A stretch of 64,000 bases of DNA from Kondoa subrosea (taxonomy: Eukaryota). The position numbers and the translations under genes were made by a program. Numbering within the stretch: the stretch's first letter is position 1; each line of letters opens with the position of its first letter. The notes below the pieces were generated by a model. It ran no database searches. It had not been told where the DNA came from and saw only the letters and a program-made list of their open reading frames with translations. Below, piece after piece: positions 24,674-38,158 of this stretch. The stretch is taken from the NCBI GenBank assembly GCA_039545335.1, contig BCIN01000008.1, positions 383,528 through 447,527 on the forward strand. Reading direction: 5' to 3'.

Positions 24674-26100
24674 TCATTGCCTGCGACTTGGAGGTCTAAC
24701 CGTTGATGAGCTTGCCAGTGCGTATGACGACGAACCATAATCTGATTCATAACCATCATAGTAAGATGGCGATGGCACCCGATTGAGAGTTTCAGGCGGT
24801 TGCAGTAGCACGTCTTGCGACGCGCGTGGACTTGAGCTGGCAGAGTATCCCGTTGGATGTGCTCCGTAGCGCGGTTCTGGCGGCAAGTCATTTGTCAAAA
24901 TCAATCGCATAACTGCAGATCCAACTCACCTTGATGTGCCACAAGCAATGCAAGGCCGCTGAACCCTCCGACGATATCATTATGTCCAGTGAAATCACGG
25001 GAGGCAGCAGTATATCTGCCTAACGGGGTGTGGGCATCATGAGGGGCGAAAGCTATCTTCGATGATGATGCAGCAGGCGGGTAAGGTAAGGCTTCTTGCG
25101 TCTGAAAGAACATGAGCCTACTTTGTCACATCATCAAATAGCTGACCTTTAATGGCTTTTCAAGGTAGCGATAATCCGTTGCAGGAAAGAGCCGTTTGCG
25201 CATGTATTTATAATCACCATCTCGAAATTCTCCGTAACCAGATCGTATTAGAAGAGGGTGAGCGTGCCGTTTATCGGTTTGGGGATCAGCAAAAGAAACA
25301 GCGGTAGCCCAGAGCTTTCCACGAGCTCTCATTACGGACTCAGCTAGCTGCAGCATAGTGTCTGCCAAAGGAATTGCAGTAGATTTCAAACGGTGTTGAG
25401 TCTTCGCTCCAAAGGATTCTGCAATCCACATATCTACTATTCGGCCGTGCGTTGACTCGAGCGAAAGAGCGGGCTCTTCGCGATTTGGTTCAGCTTCCAA
25501 CTCCAGCAGAAACTTTCCGACGATGATGCGCTGCGAATTCAGTGCGGTGAGGTTGATAAAATGATGAACACTCTTGTGAATTCGTTCCGGCGAACGCTGT
25601 CTATCGGCCCATCCTGAATGTAGACCCTGGGTTTGAGTTCGGGAGGTCAGGTACATCGGACCTTGATCATGAGCATCCTTGAACAGCGGTTTCTCCAGAT
25701 GGCGAGGCGTGTATGGAAACACCCTAATGGAAATATTGTCTTGATCATAAATCTTCTGAATGATTCGAGCGAACGACTGCGCCTCCTTATCGCTTGATTT
25801 GATAATTGATTCGTCGGTTGGCCGATGAGTGGCATGATCGTACCCGTCTACGAGCACCCACTGCCCGTTGTACGCCATAGAATAATGATTGCCTTCGGTA
25901 GTATCCTAGACAAAGGGCAAACGGATACAAGATCAGCTGGAAAGTCGCCAACAGTACCCCAATTACCCCATAGCCAGGTGTATGGGCAATCCATCGCCCG
26001 TGAGACCATAGTAATTGGCCGTCAGTCGAAACAATCTACCAAGATCTTCCTTTTCAGCAGAATTGAGAAGCAGAAATAGGCGAACATACGTTGCCGTTCT
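24674..26100 (-). CDS. Hypothetical protein (multi-exon; may extend upstream toward about 27200)
   Basis: 250-aa ORF 25126-25878 plus downstream exons 24901-25113 and 24674-24910 separated by intron-like gaps. Confidence 0.45.
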
Positions 26101-27335
26101 GATATGGATGGGAAGACATTGAGATATTGATCGGATAATGTAATGATGAATGATCTGCGGCAGACAAGAAGGAGTAGCTGAAGAAGAGAGCTCATTCCGA
26201 AAATTGAAGACTCAAGGCAGACAGTGCCTCAGAAGACAACCTCTCCGAGTATCGCTTATGACCTCTTGAATGTATACAGCAGGAGCTCCAGATGTAGATC
26301 AAGCATGTAGCGAAGACTTCATCAAAAGATTGCTGATCGAGACAATTGAACGCTCTCAGAACGTCGAAATTGAAGGTAGAACCTTGATATCGTCACAGAA
26401 GGCACGAGAGTCTCTTGCATGCTCATGCTCGATCATATATGCTTGCGTTCTTGAACTGCCTTCAAGAAATATGGAAGTTTAAAAGGGGAAGACCGCAAAT
26501 GTACCGACAAGAGGATTGGTCAATCTCATATTCCTGGTTTCTCTCCCGGTGTTTGAATAACTCTCTTCTCTTCTCATATTCCTCACAATTCTTCTGTGTT
26601 GTCGCTTCACAGCAGTTCTTCTTATGACCAGCTTCCCAAGATCCACCAATCGACATTCCCTTGAACAATAGAGAGTAACATGACAAATACAAAGAAAAGA
26701 CCAGGAAAATGCAAATCACCAGACTAAAGGCAGAGTTATCCCTAGAATAGGCTGCACTGGATTCCTAGATTAACCCTTCGAGGAATTGATTGCTCGTTAA
26801 ATTCCCGTGATGAAGATAATGAAGTCTTCAATATGCTTGACGAATCCAGGCTTTCTGATCAGAGCATAGCTTTTGATCTTAGCTACGAAAGTTCAAGATA
26901 ACTTGCGGATTTTCAGAAGTAGTTCGCTTGAGAATGAAGCTCGGGATTGCTGTATCATCCGCTTCGCCTCCAAGGAGGTCTGTGTTGTATAAAGGTGACA
27001 GCACGATGTTCAGATTGTTCTCCTTGAATGCTTCATAGGATACGAGCTGATAGTGCCCTGATAGCTTTTTGGGCAAGAACCGAGACCAGAGCAGAATCCA
27101 GAGAACTCTTGCTCCGTGAGCACTGGCTTTCGTAGCGACTCCAGGACAATTCTCAGATCCATAGGGTCCCTTAAACAATGATCTTCGCCAAACAAGGAGA
27201 ATTGAGGCTATGTGAAAGTGCGCATGAGCAGTGTATGCTGCAAAGAGAGAATCAGGCCAATCTTCATAAGCAACGACGCTGTTGCTGGACAAGCCTTGCG
27301 GTCTGCTTGTTCCAACCACTTTCAATGCATCCGGC

Positions 27336-30294
27336 ATGAGCCTGCAGCAATTCCTGGTCGATATAGGAGCCAATGAGCTATCTCCTAAGGTCGCCTTTGG
27401 TAGCGAAGGCCAAATAGCTCGACTACACAAACGAATTCGAGATGAGGTTGACGACACAAAGGTGAGACCCTCTGATCAGCGCGCTAAGTAGGTCGCACAC
27501 TGATTCAGTCATACAGTCGGAAATACATAAAACTATCAAATCAAACTTAGCAGAATACGACCGACAACAATCGACTGGCCAGAAATTGACAGACAGCTTG
27601 GAACACATTAATTCCACAGTATCCAGTCTTGAGACTGCTCTACATGCACCTGGGTCTGGTCTGCTTCCTACTGTGACTTCCACTCTTTCTTCGCATGCGG
27701 TAACAGCTCAAAAGGCCGCGGAGCAAGCTGCTCTCGTTCAAGCGCTATCTGTTCTACAAGCTTCTCGCACTGCTGTCTCTAAAGCAAATGATCTACTTAA
27801 TTCGGGACAATTGGACCGCGTTGTTGAGACATGGCAAGAAACGGATCAAGCTGTGCAAGGATCCCAAGTTGAAGATTGGATCAAAGCAACGCAATATTGG
27901 CAAAGCATATCTCAGTGGCTTGAGAATACACAACAGCAAACGAAAGATCGGCTGCTCGAAGCTGCGAATGCGTGCATACAACTTCAATTCCCTTCAATGA
28001 GTATTCTGTCAGAAACTGAAAGTCGGCCAGGAGTATCGCAAGCTCTCACTCTATCGGTTCTTCTCAAGTCATTGTCATCTTTAAAAATGTTGGACGACTA
28101 TATTACTCGTCTAGCTGAGAAGACTATGAAAATCTATGTTGAACCTTACTTATCATCACCTCACTACTTTCGTCGCACATCAGAAACCAGTATAGAACTC
28201 CTCTCCTCACCTGAATCATCTCGACTAGATAGTCTCCATATCCTTACAGACTTTTTATCAGAACGATTACCTCAAATCATTCCTCTTCTCGCCCAACCTC
28301 TTTTATCGCAAATCATTACCAAAATCCTCTCACCAGCTTTACCTTCCAATTCTAATCTATCAGAGTTAACCGATTTCTATACTCTTTTGAACCGTATGGA
28401 GATCTATGAAACTTCTCTATCTTTACCTATTTCACCTATAAGTACTTGGGCGAAAGATTTAGATCGACATTGGGTAGCGAACATCAATTCTCGGTTAGCT
28501 GTTGAAATGAGAGAAATCGTTACTGCAAGACAAGGTGCTTGGGAAGGGAAAATAATCAAATTACGTCCCCTTTCGGTAGCAAAAGATTGGTTTCCCGTTG
28601 AGAGAAAAGAAACCGAGAACAGTCAAACTGAAGGAGATGCTTGGGGATTTGAAACTTCTCCTGTTATGGTACAGAAACCTTTAATACCTCAAGAACCTAA
28701 AGAAATCAAGTCTTCAAGAGAAGAACCTAAAGTTGAAGAAGAACCTAAACTTGCAGAAGAAGCGGGTTGGGAATTTGATGATGACGTGATTCTACCAACT
28801 GAGAAAGAAACGCCAGAAATAGCTGAAGATGCATGGGGTTTCAGGGAAGAAGAACCTGTTGAAGAAGTAATCGAAGAAGAACAACCAACAACTACCTCAA
28901 AAGCAATGAAAGGCAAGCAGAAAGCTGAAGATCAAGATGATGGTTGGGGTTTCGAAGAAGAAGAATCAACAATACCTGTATCACCCTTTTTGGCTCAAAA
29001 TTCGCAGCAAGTTCAAGCTCAGACAAATCATTCAAGCGAATCATCTTGGGAATGGGAAGCGGAACAACAACCGAAAAGTCATGAACGAATGCGAAGCAGG
29101 GGCAAACGGAAGTCTGTCGAATCTGTGTTGTCGCCAGCGGAAGATTGCATGATTTCGGTCAATTCGGAGAAGATTGTTGCGCTTGCAAGAGACGTTCTGT
29201 CGCAATTGAAACAGCTTTCTGCCAATGAGTATGTCATATCTCTTAGCCCAGTCTTTATGCTGATAATACCACATCTCTAGTTTCCCACATCCTGAATTGG
29301 CGAAAGCTTCCACCCGTCTTTCTCGGTCGTTCCTAGATATTTTCGACTATTTCAGAGCTACTATGCCTATACAACATGCATCTTTGATAAGTCAAGTTCC
29401 AGCTCTAGGAATGCAATTCGCAAACGATTGTGATTGGCTCGCTTCTCAAGCTGTTCAAATCATCTCTAGCGCCAGTGATATCTTCCCAAAGCCAGAAGCA
29501 GAGCGTTTAATCACTGCTCTGAGTACTTTGGCTGAAAAAGAACGTATGCGCCAGATCGTTTGTTACTTCTCATTGTCTACACGAACAATTACTGATGGGC
29601 TCGATAGGAAACGCAACGAACAATCTTGATGGAAAGTCTCGATGATGCTCAAGGTTTCAGAGATACAGCAGATCCTGCTGTATACGCGCGCTGCGAAAGA
29701 TCTATCAAGCAGATACATCATTCTTTAGAAAGACTCGCAAAAGTCTTGACAGTGAGTGCGAACTTCCAGTAACAGGACAACATTGAGAACTCTTGGTAGC
29801 CTGTCATGTCTCGAACTCGCTTTCTCACCCTATTTGGCGATTTAGTCAACAGTGTTCTCACTCGCATGCTCAAGGAAATAGAGGATCATGCTGATATCGG
29901 GGAAGAAGAGTCGAAGCACATGAATCAGCTTTGCAAAATGCTTCACGATCTAGACAAGTTATTTGCACAAGGCGATACTGTAGGCTTTAATATACTGTCA
30001 ATAGAGATCAAGCTGATGCTTTACCTAGAATCCGTGCGGAATATATGTTCCAATCTGGTTCAAATTTGTTTTCTTCAGCGAAATACTTGAGGCCTCAATG
30101 GTGAGCTATTGCTGCCGATCACACGTGACAGCAGCTAAAACCTGTATCAGGTCGACTTGATGTATCTGTTGGATGAAGGTCATTTGACAGACTTTGGGTC
30201 CGAAGAGCTGGTGAAACTAGTGCGGGCACTCTTCTCAGACAGTCCAACGAGGCAGAAGAACATAGATAAGATCCGTAGTACAATCAATCATTGA
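27336..30294 (+). CDS. ZW10: Zw10/Dsl1 tethering / kinetochore complex subunit
   Basis: Helical protein with an acidic Trp-containing loop (DAWGF, AGWEFDDD, DDGWGF), then FANDCDWL and C-terminal WFKF..FSEILEASMVDLMYL...ELVKLVRALFSDSPTR. Confidence 0.85.
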
Positions 30295-30326
30295 ACTGAA
30301 CTACTCTTTTCTGTACAATTTACAAC

Positions 30327-33300
30327 CTAAAGCTCCATCAAGGGCAAAGGAATCTGCTCGACTGACAAGCACTTTGGCATATCGAGCAGTGAAGTATCAT
30401 ACACATAAATTGGACAAGCTTTTCGCCCTTTGATGTGAGTAGAAGTGACCTCGATCAAAAAGTTATCGATCTGTGATGAGGTAGAGTCCATGAAGATATA
30501 AGCCGGTCTCGGATCTTGTAGGCCTCTTCCGGTTCTACGTCTCTTGTCTCGCCAGCCGGCGGCGTCGAGAATTGCTGCAGGACTGTACAGTCTTCCTGCT
30601 TCAAGTTGTAATCTCTTCCGCACATTCGTAGAGTCAAATTGCCTGACAAGCCACCACACTGCACTTGACGAACTGCAAGGAATGGATGAGGCCGGTATCC
30701 GATCCATACTCAGTTGATCGATGGTTTCTTCATGAGAAAGTCTCTTCTTGAGTAGAGGACGCAGGTCTGTCGGCAGATTTGCTGAATCATTGATCAGTGG
30801 ATCAATTTCTATCGCGCATGCGGGCCCTTCGCTTGACGGTGGAGGAGTTGGATAAGTGAGAACTTTGCCGGAGAACGACGATTGCGATTTGTGCTTGTGA
30901 TTGGCTTTTTTCGGAGAAGGAGAACGAATAGTAGGCAAGATGACTCCGGAATGACCCGTATTTCTTTGCTTCGAGCGTGATCGCCTTTCAGGTTCTATCA
31001 CAAAGGCTGGTTTTGGCGAGCTAGATTTACTGAAGACATCGATTGGCGAATTCTGATCAAGTCGAGGTCGTTTGTTACTATCAAGAGCAGCCAATCTGCT
31101 GATTCGCTTTTGCCGTACTTCTTCCACATCGGGAGAACGACTTCTGACTTTGGTGTGATGATTTGGATGTACAATGACAGCTTCGGGTGCTGGTTCTGTA
31201 GCAGTTGACGGATTCTCTGAGCGGTTCCAGATGTTGCTAATGTCTTCTTCTGCTTCCGTCAATTCGACAGAGACGCTTTTGTAAGCCATTCGTTCGGTTT
31301 CGTAAATACTTCGCGTGACTTGAGGATCATCTGGTTTTCGTCCTTTGTAGTGTACAGCGGTGATACGAGGCCATCTCAACTCGTAGTACTGCTCTGACGA
31401 TAAGCTTTACTTGAGACTACGGATGAAGGGAAAACTGACTTTGCTCTGCATGCCTTGCTTAGTCCAGCCGGCACCTTTAATTCTGGACACAGAAGATGAG
31501 AGAAGCGATCTAGACAGGTCGATGTACTCACTCAAAGACGAGAGGATCGAAAAAGACATGCGCGGGTGGTTTGCTGCCCCCAGGAAGTACATCAAGCTTG
31601 AATGGCCATGCTTTTGGCTTTTTGATCTGATTTAGGATGAGCCTTGCATGTCATACTGAAGAAGTGCACTTACCAGAGCCTCAAGGGTGCAGGTAGCACG
31701 ATCCCGCAAGAAGAAGTTTAGATACTCCAATTCACCTCGACTCAAACCCCATGACACAGCCCAGAAAGTAGCATATGTGGGTATATCGGAAGGCTGATCG
31801 ACACAATAAGGCAAGAGCTTGATCCGGAAAGCAGTCGACTTACATGTCGTTTCACATTTGCCTCATTCAGGAGTAAACCAATGTGGAAAGTTGTGAGGAC
31901 ATTGCAACCAACTAAGCGGCAGAGTTCAATTAGCGGCAACTATGTACTGGAGAAACGAGTTAGCTTACCACCAAGGATTCTGCCTCGTTCGGCATCGTGG
32001 GACGCGCCAACAATCACGAAGCTCGCAGTATCGCCTAATCCAGGTATATAATCTGTCCAGCAAGTTAGCGGAAAGAATCAGCGGAAGTTTTTCAAGCTCA
32101 CCAGCTTTCAATTTCGTCCAGCGCATACCATACCGCCAATCGTCGTATCTAGAGCAAGTCGACTTGAGGAATAGACCCTCTATACACTTACATAAGCTTT
32201 GGCCCTCACAATTAGCACGAAAGACCAACCTTCTTTGCGTTTCGTAGCTTCGTCAAACAAATTTTGCAATCGCTGCATACACAAATCAGCTGCATCTGTG
32301 AAGTAAAGAAACTGCAAGATACCTGGCATGCGATTGGGAACGGTATATAGCGAAGATTTATTTCCGTCCGATGTGCAATCTTGCTCTATCGCATTGCACT
32401 CTGTCAGTATGGCCAGGCAATGGTGACTAGTATGGAAACTTACGTAACCTGCAATTGGCCGAACAACTTTGTCGAGGACTTTGATTCGCTCTGCGTAAGG
32501 CTCTGCGCAGTATGTCAGCTCGCTTCAGGTTCAAGGCCGCTTCGATACTCACTTCGTAGCAAACTCTCCCCATTCAGCATAAGCACGTCAAAAAAGACGA
32601 GAATCAGATGTAAGGCGATTTCCGGCAGTACATTTGCGAATTCCTTGCTCATAGAAGTGGTAGACCCAAAGCTCTCGTTATCTGTCGTTTGAGTAGATCG
32701 TTGACTTTCTTCCAAAATCTGGATAGCAGGTTGATATTGGCCAGATTTAGCTTGTTGAATCTTCCAAAACTCGTCTATCCTTTGTGCGATCTCGTTGAAG
32801 GCACACATTTCAGCTTCGATCATGATGCTCTTGACATTGACTGATGGTGGGCGATAATTTCGGTGTGATTGTTCGACCAGATGTTGATCTGCCTCGGTTG
32901 GACACAAAGGTCGCATCCAGTACAGGTCCAAAGCAGCTCGAATGATTCTGCTAGGTCTTTAGCTAGGCATAACTGCATAGTAATGAAGCCTACGGATGAG
33001 TCATAATGCGATCTCTTGTGCTGTCACGCTTTGATTTGGAAAGAATTGTGATCTGTTCGTCGTAAGGTCGGCTCATGTCGACGTGAATTTGCATTCTGTT
33101 GTCAATGCAGAATTGTAAGTGGCAACCAGAGCAAAAGGGCTGTTTCGACCGACCTTTCACCATCATACTTCGTTTCGACGGAAACTGCTTCCACCCTAGC
33201 ATCTCTGTAATATTTGAGAGCGACTTCCATTCCTTGGCCTTTGATCGCTTTGGGTATCTGTTCTTTCTTCGTCAGCTTACAACCCCTCGCCAGACAGAAA

Positions 33301-34338
33301 TGACTCACCTCCACAGGTATTCCATGTTCAGGAGCACAGAACTGTTCAAACCACCAAGCATACCCGCTCAAATCAACCGGTTTCTTCCTAGGCAACAAAG
33401 CTACAGCATCGCAACTTCTATCCAGCTCGCTTCGCACGTTGTAGACCAGTTTCATAGCCCAATGAAATTTCTCAATCACTTCCCATAGCTGTAGTTCATG
33501 AAAAGCGTTGGAGTTGTATTTCAGTAAAGCTGCAGTAGTTGTGACGTTTGGAAATGGGTAAAGAAGAGGTCGAAGGTCTTTGAGGATGATTTGGGTTAAG
33601 ATACCGGCTTGACGTGGTTTAAGGCCTTGGTAAAGTCGACGAAGAATCGTTTGCTGAGTATGCAGCGGTCCAATCATTTTGGTGACAGACTCAGCTGTCA
33701 GTCAAAGATCATGTATTAGGTGTAATTCAGTGTGGAGGCATAATCCGAGCTAACCTGAATACTTCGAGTGTCGAGCCAGCTGATCTAACTCTTCATTCAA
33801 TTTGATCAAAGTAAGTGGTTCCTTGACCTTCTCTACGTACTGTATCCAATCATTGGCATGAGTGCCACTTACGTAAGCACTGAACTAACTCGTTTCTCAA
33901 TCACTTCAGGCAATTCCAAGCCAAGACAGCCGCTTTTGAACGTTCTTCCATCATCTTCAGCTACGTCCCACATTCTGAGAGGAGCCGCAGCACTTGGTGT
34001 CAAGCCATAAATCTTGACCAGTTGCTCGCTCAACAACTTCTCCTTTAAGCCGTATCTGTCAGGTCGACCTACTTATCAAACTTGCCGTATGTAGCCAATT
34101 GAAGTAAGATAACTGACCTGCGCCTAATATCCTTCTCAGGAAACAACAGACGAAAGAAAATAGAGCCAAGTTCAGGCTGATGTTCCAGCTGAGGTTCTAC
34201 GGAAGCTAGCCATTTTGTTAAGTAAACCAAGACTTTAGGATGTCCCTTGTGCTTCTCGCCTGCTTGTAGTGGTTGGATGGAAGAGCAGGCATCAATGAAA
34301 CTGCAGAAGGACGCGAAAGTCAAAGGAGGGACAGCCAT
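30327..34338 (-). CDS. ATP-dependent DNA ligase, LIG4-like, with no recognisable BRCT domains
   Basis: N-terminal FFRLLFPEKDIRRR. Motifs I ETKYDGERMQIH, III IEAEM, IIIa VFFDVL, IV EGLFLK, V WTKLKADYIPGLGD, VI ELRWPRI. Confidence 0.88.
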
Positions 34339-34713
34339 CGCCTGAGACGCGGCAGTAAAGGAGTGTGAGGCTAAGCGAGTGAAGGAAACATGAGAAGAGA
34401 AGGAACAACGCGGTTTTGAATAGACCGTGTTTTGATTTCAGGATAAAGTGCATAAAGTCGCGGAATACATTACATGCGGATTAGCTCGGCCAGCGATGAT
34501 CTCATGTCACTCGTACAGCAGTAAAGTGTCTATAGGCGCTCAGACTTCTTCAAATCACCTGCCTTTCCCCTTCTGGTCAACTTAACCATCCGTACATGTT
34601 CAATCGACCTTGAGTAGTTCCCTGTGCAGCTCTTGCCTTTCACCTCCTCTCGTGTAGAGAGCTCGAGTCAGAAGATAATATTAGCCTTTTGAGGCAATGG
34701 GGTTTCGAGGCTA

Positions 34714-35934
34714 TCAATCTGAAGGAGGAATGTCTTTCAATCGAATACCTTGATCTTTGCAGAGCCGCTGCAGCAGTACGATATGGAGCTAATGAGCAAT
34801 CCCGTACAAGGCAGGGTGCAGGTGCGTACCTTGACTAGGTCCAAGGACGTAACCTCAAGAAAAGGTACAGACAGCTCTTCCAAGTGCGGATTTTTTGCCA
34901 GAGACGCACAAATCAGACTTGATCCCATAGTCTCTTCTGGTTCCCAAAGTACCAATCTTTTCAAAGCTGGCGGCAGATTCAATGCAGAATCTACATGTAG
35001 TTGAACGGTTCCATCCACAGCAAGAGATTCCAAGCATGAGACATTCCGAGTACGAATCTCTATACGTGCCTTGTAGATCTGTGCCATAGATAGGTGCCTT
35101 AGAGAAAACTTGCAGAGTTCCTTTATCCTGTCCCAGAGTTTGCATGCGAAAGGCATTAACTCAAATCCTGACAAATCCTGATCTCTAAAATGATTGATGC
35201 GCAATATGTCGAGAGATGCTAGAGAGGGAGGTAGACTATCCATGATGAGTTCGAAATTTGTTGGGCTTATCCATACGTCGTCTAACACAAATTTTCTTAG
35301 AGAGGTGAAGCCGGCGACGAGTTCATCCGCAGAAAGAGCCAATGTTTGTGTCGCGATGTAAGCTTGATTCAATTCGAGACTTGAAAGCTTTGAATAATGT
35401 TTCAAAGAAGAAAAGAGCTTTGTGGATGTTATGTTCTCCATGCAGCTGATCTCCAGGGCGCAAATCGTTTCCTTGGTAGGTAATATATCCAGGAACATGT
35501 AAGATAGAGTTTGATCGCCGTATCCCAATGGTGTACCCACTGTTCTCAAATTGGGCATGCTTGGGAGAATATTGTAGAGAATGAGAAGATTCACTTCTCT
35601 TAGGCCTGACTCATCGTGATATACGTTTTTGCTGATTGTCAGGCAAGCGACGTTTGAGCCGACATCTTGCTTTGTTCGAAGTGTTCGATTGAAGAAGATA
35701 AGAGAGGAGCTGCGTCCAAGGCCTCAGTGGACAATATTTTTGGAATTGGGCAACTCACTACGTCCGCAATTCTACTCTTCTGTAGAGCACTTGCTGAGCC
35801 TGGTTTCCGATTCTTTTGTTGATTAATGTCAGGGGCAGCAGATGACTTGCTGTGACACGACTATAATCGTTAAGACTAACTTGCTCTAGGATGCCAGTAA
35901 GGAGCTCCAACGGTAGTCCATTGAGGGGTTTCAT
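34714..35934 (-). CDS. F-box-like / leucine-rich-repeat-like hypothetical protein
   Basis: Starts MKPLNGLPLELLTGILEQ (F-box-like). LxxLxL-rich exon 34737-35594. Confidence 0.55.
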
Positions 35935-36541
35935 GCTATTTAATAGTCAAGCTCAATTGCTAAGGCCAGCATACATATGAGCTGTAGACAAAGATGCAGA
36001 GGATCTCCGCCTACCTTTGGCTGGTATTGTCCCTGCCCTGCTGCCTCCTGCTGCAATTGCAGAAGAATGAACAAAACCGGCAGACTGACTCCCAAGGAGC
36101 TACTGTCTCTAAAAGCTGCTGAGAGTCGTGTTCGTATCTAGAGGCGCTGACAGAGCCTTGACGGCTTGAAGCTTGAAATTGGGCTTGTCGCTGTTTCAGT
36201 CGAATATCCAGGGCTTGGTTCGAGCAGGCATCATCCACAATCCGGTACTTGCAGACCTTGTCAACGGAGGTGCGCGTTACTTACTGACTCACTACTCGCG
36301 CTTCCAGCACGATTCTGGCAGAACACGCTAACATCTAGAACCAGTTCCATCCTGTGTCTGAGGGTCCGACTGTCTAGGACCTCCCTCTTCTGGCACCAGT
36401 ACTCAGGCTCGTAGCAAACGAGTGCGTGACAGCAACGGGTCTGCTCGTCGAGATTTCTTGCTTACTAAGCACTTCAGAATCTCCTTCACCTTCTTCACCT
36501 TACTTGCTCCTTCCTTCCTTCCTATCTGCCTCACATCATCT

Positions 36542-37656
36542 ATGCAGCATCTACCTACAGAAGTGATTGGTCTGATACCGGAGCGCGCCATCATATCCGG
36601 CAAAGCTTTGGATCAATTCAACTTGGAAGAGCTTACCGAATGTCACGCATGGGCGAGTCGCACATTAAAAGTCACAGCAGGGTCCTTCAAGGAAACTTCA
36701 TTGAATATGGCGGTCTACATGCGAGCCTTATCCGAAAACCCTTCTTGCCTGGTCGCCTTCTGTCGTAAACTTTACATCCGGATGTATCAAGATCCGGATC
36801 TGTTGACGTACGATCCTCGGAAGGTCCGAGATACGCTGGATGCCGCCATGCTTGGTTCCAATCATCTGAAAGGCTTCACCCAAGACGATGTTGTTGAAGT
36901 TCTTGCAACAGCTATAGAATTCTTTATCATGTCCTTCGCCGCCCTTCTACATACACAAAGCGATAAGCTCGCCTTCGAAATGACAGTTCATACGGTCTTC
37001 TTGCTTGGAGCTATGAACAAACATCGGCGAGAAGTCGATGTGGTGGTTGATAAACTCCGATCAGACGATACGATCAAGACCCTGGAAGAAATCATAAATT
37101 TGGCAATAGAATGCACAAAAGTAGCGGACGCTTCAGAAGATCATAGTTTACTCGGTCTTTACATCTCGAGTCTGGCGGCGGTCCTTGCTATTCCAATCAA
37201 ACCTTTCTCCTACAACAAGATCCGTTTCGATCTATCCTTGGTATATAATCTGCCCAGTGCAGAAGAACGAATTGATCGATTGAACGACTTTGGAGCGTTT
37301 GCTACTAAGGCTCGGATGAATTTTGTATGCCTACATTGTCTCAAGTATTACATACCGGATCCAAAGGAATTGGCTGAAAGATCTACAATTGATGAGATTG
37401 CAGCGCAATTCAAAGTCTGCTCAGGGTAAATAGAACGAACATCTTCTTTGACTGTACTGAAATTTGATAAAATACAGATGCTCAACTGCGATGTACTGCT
37501 CTCGGTAAACTTATGCATCCACTTCCGAGTGATTGAGCTAATGCTTGATTCTGCAGAGATTGCGCGACGGCGGATTGGAAAGCTGGTCACAAAGATAGGT
37601 GCTCAGGGAGACAGCGTAAAGAGGGCAAGAGAAAGGAGGCGGAAGCGAAGGCATAA
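36542..37656 (+). CDS. MYND-type zinc finger protein
   Basis: Spliced C-terminus CLHC...KVCSGCSTAMYCSRDCATADWKAGHKDRC matches the zf-MYND pattern. Confidence 0.8.
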
Positions 37657-38158
37657 ATGTGCAGGCAGATATGCTTTGGGATGCTTCCATTTCGGCGTCA
37701 ATAAGTTGTGGTCCAGCAAGCGAAGGAGAACAGCAATGTACAGAGTCACTTATCTTTGTAGTGAGTGCTATACTGCTTTCTCAATTAATGGTGTTGATTC
37801 CTTTTAAAGGTCACCTAGCTGGATTCATGCAATTCTCAAAGCAGAGGAAGATCAACTTCTTGCATAGCTCTTTATGCTTACGTTGATCAGTCGGTCGCGA
37901 TGTACCTTTTCGCTAGGATTTCACTATTCCAACCTAATTTATCTGCCTTTCGAACAGAACGACACGCGGAATAGTCAAGAGTCCTTCAGGATTCCCAGCT
38001 TGGGTCAACACAAAGTATCAGTTAGAATGCCTTGATCACTTGTTGAAGCTGGCAGTGCGAAGAAGGGGGTTAGGCGTCTGGACAGTTCTTAATATGGTAT
38101 AGAACTATACATTGGAAAGATGAAGCATAAAAAGTACACGTAGAGATGCGACAACACG

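Noticed and set aside
26879..27457. 192-aa minus-strand ORF overlapping the Zw10 start
   Set aside because: The 5' part is antisense to Zw10. The rest may be an exon of the neighbouring hypothetical gene but could not be resolved.
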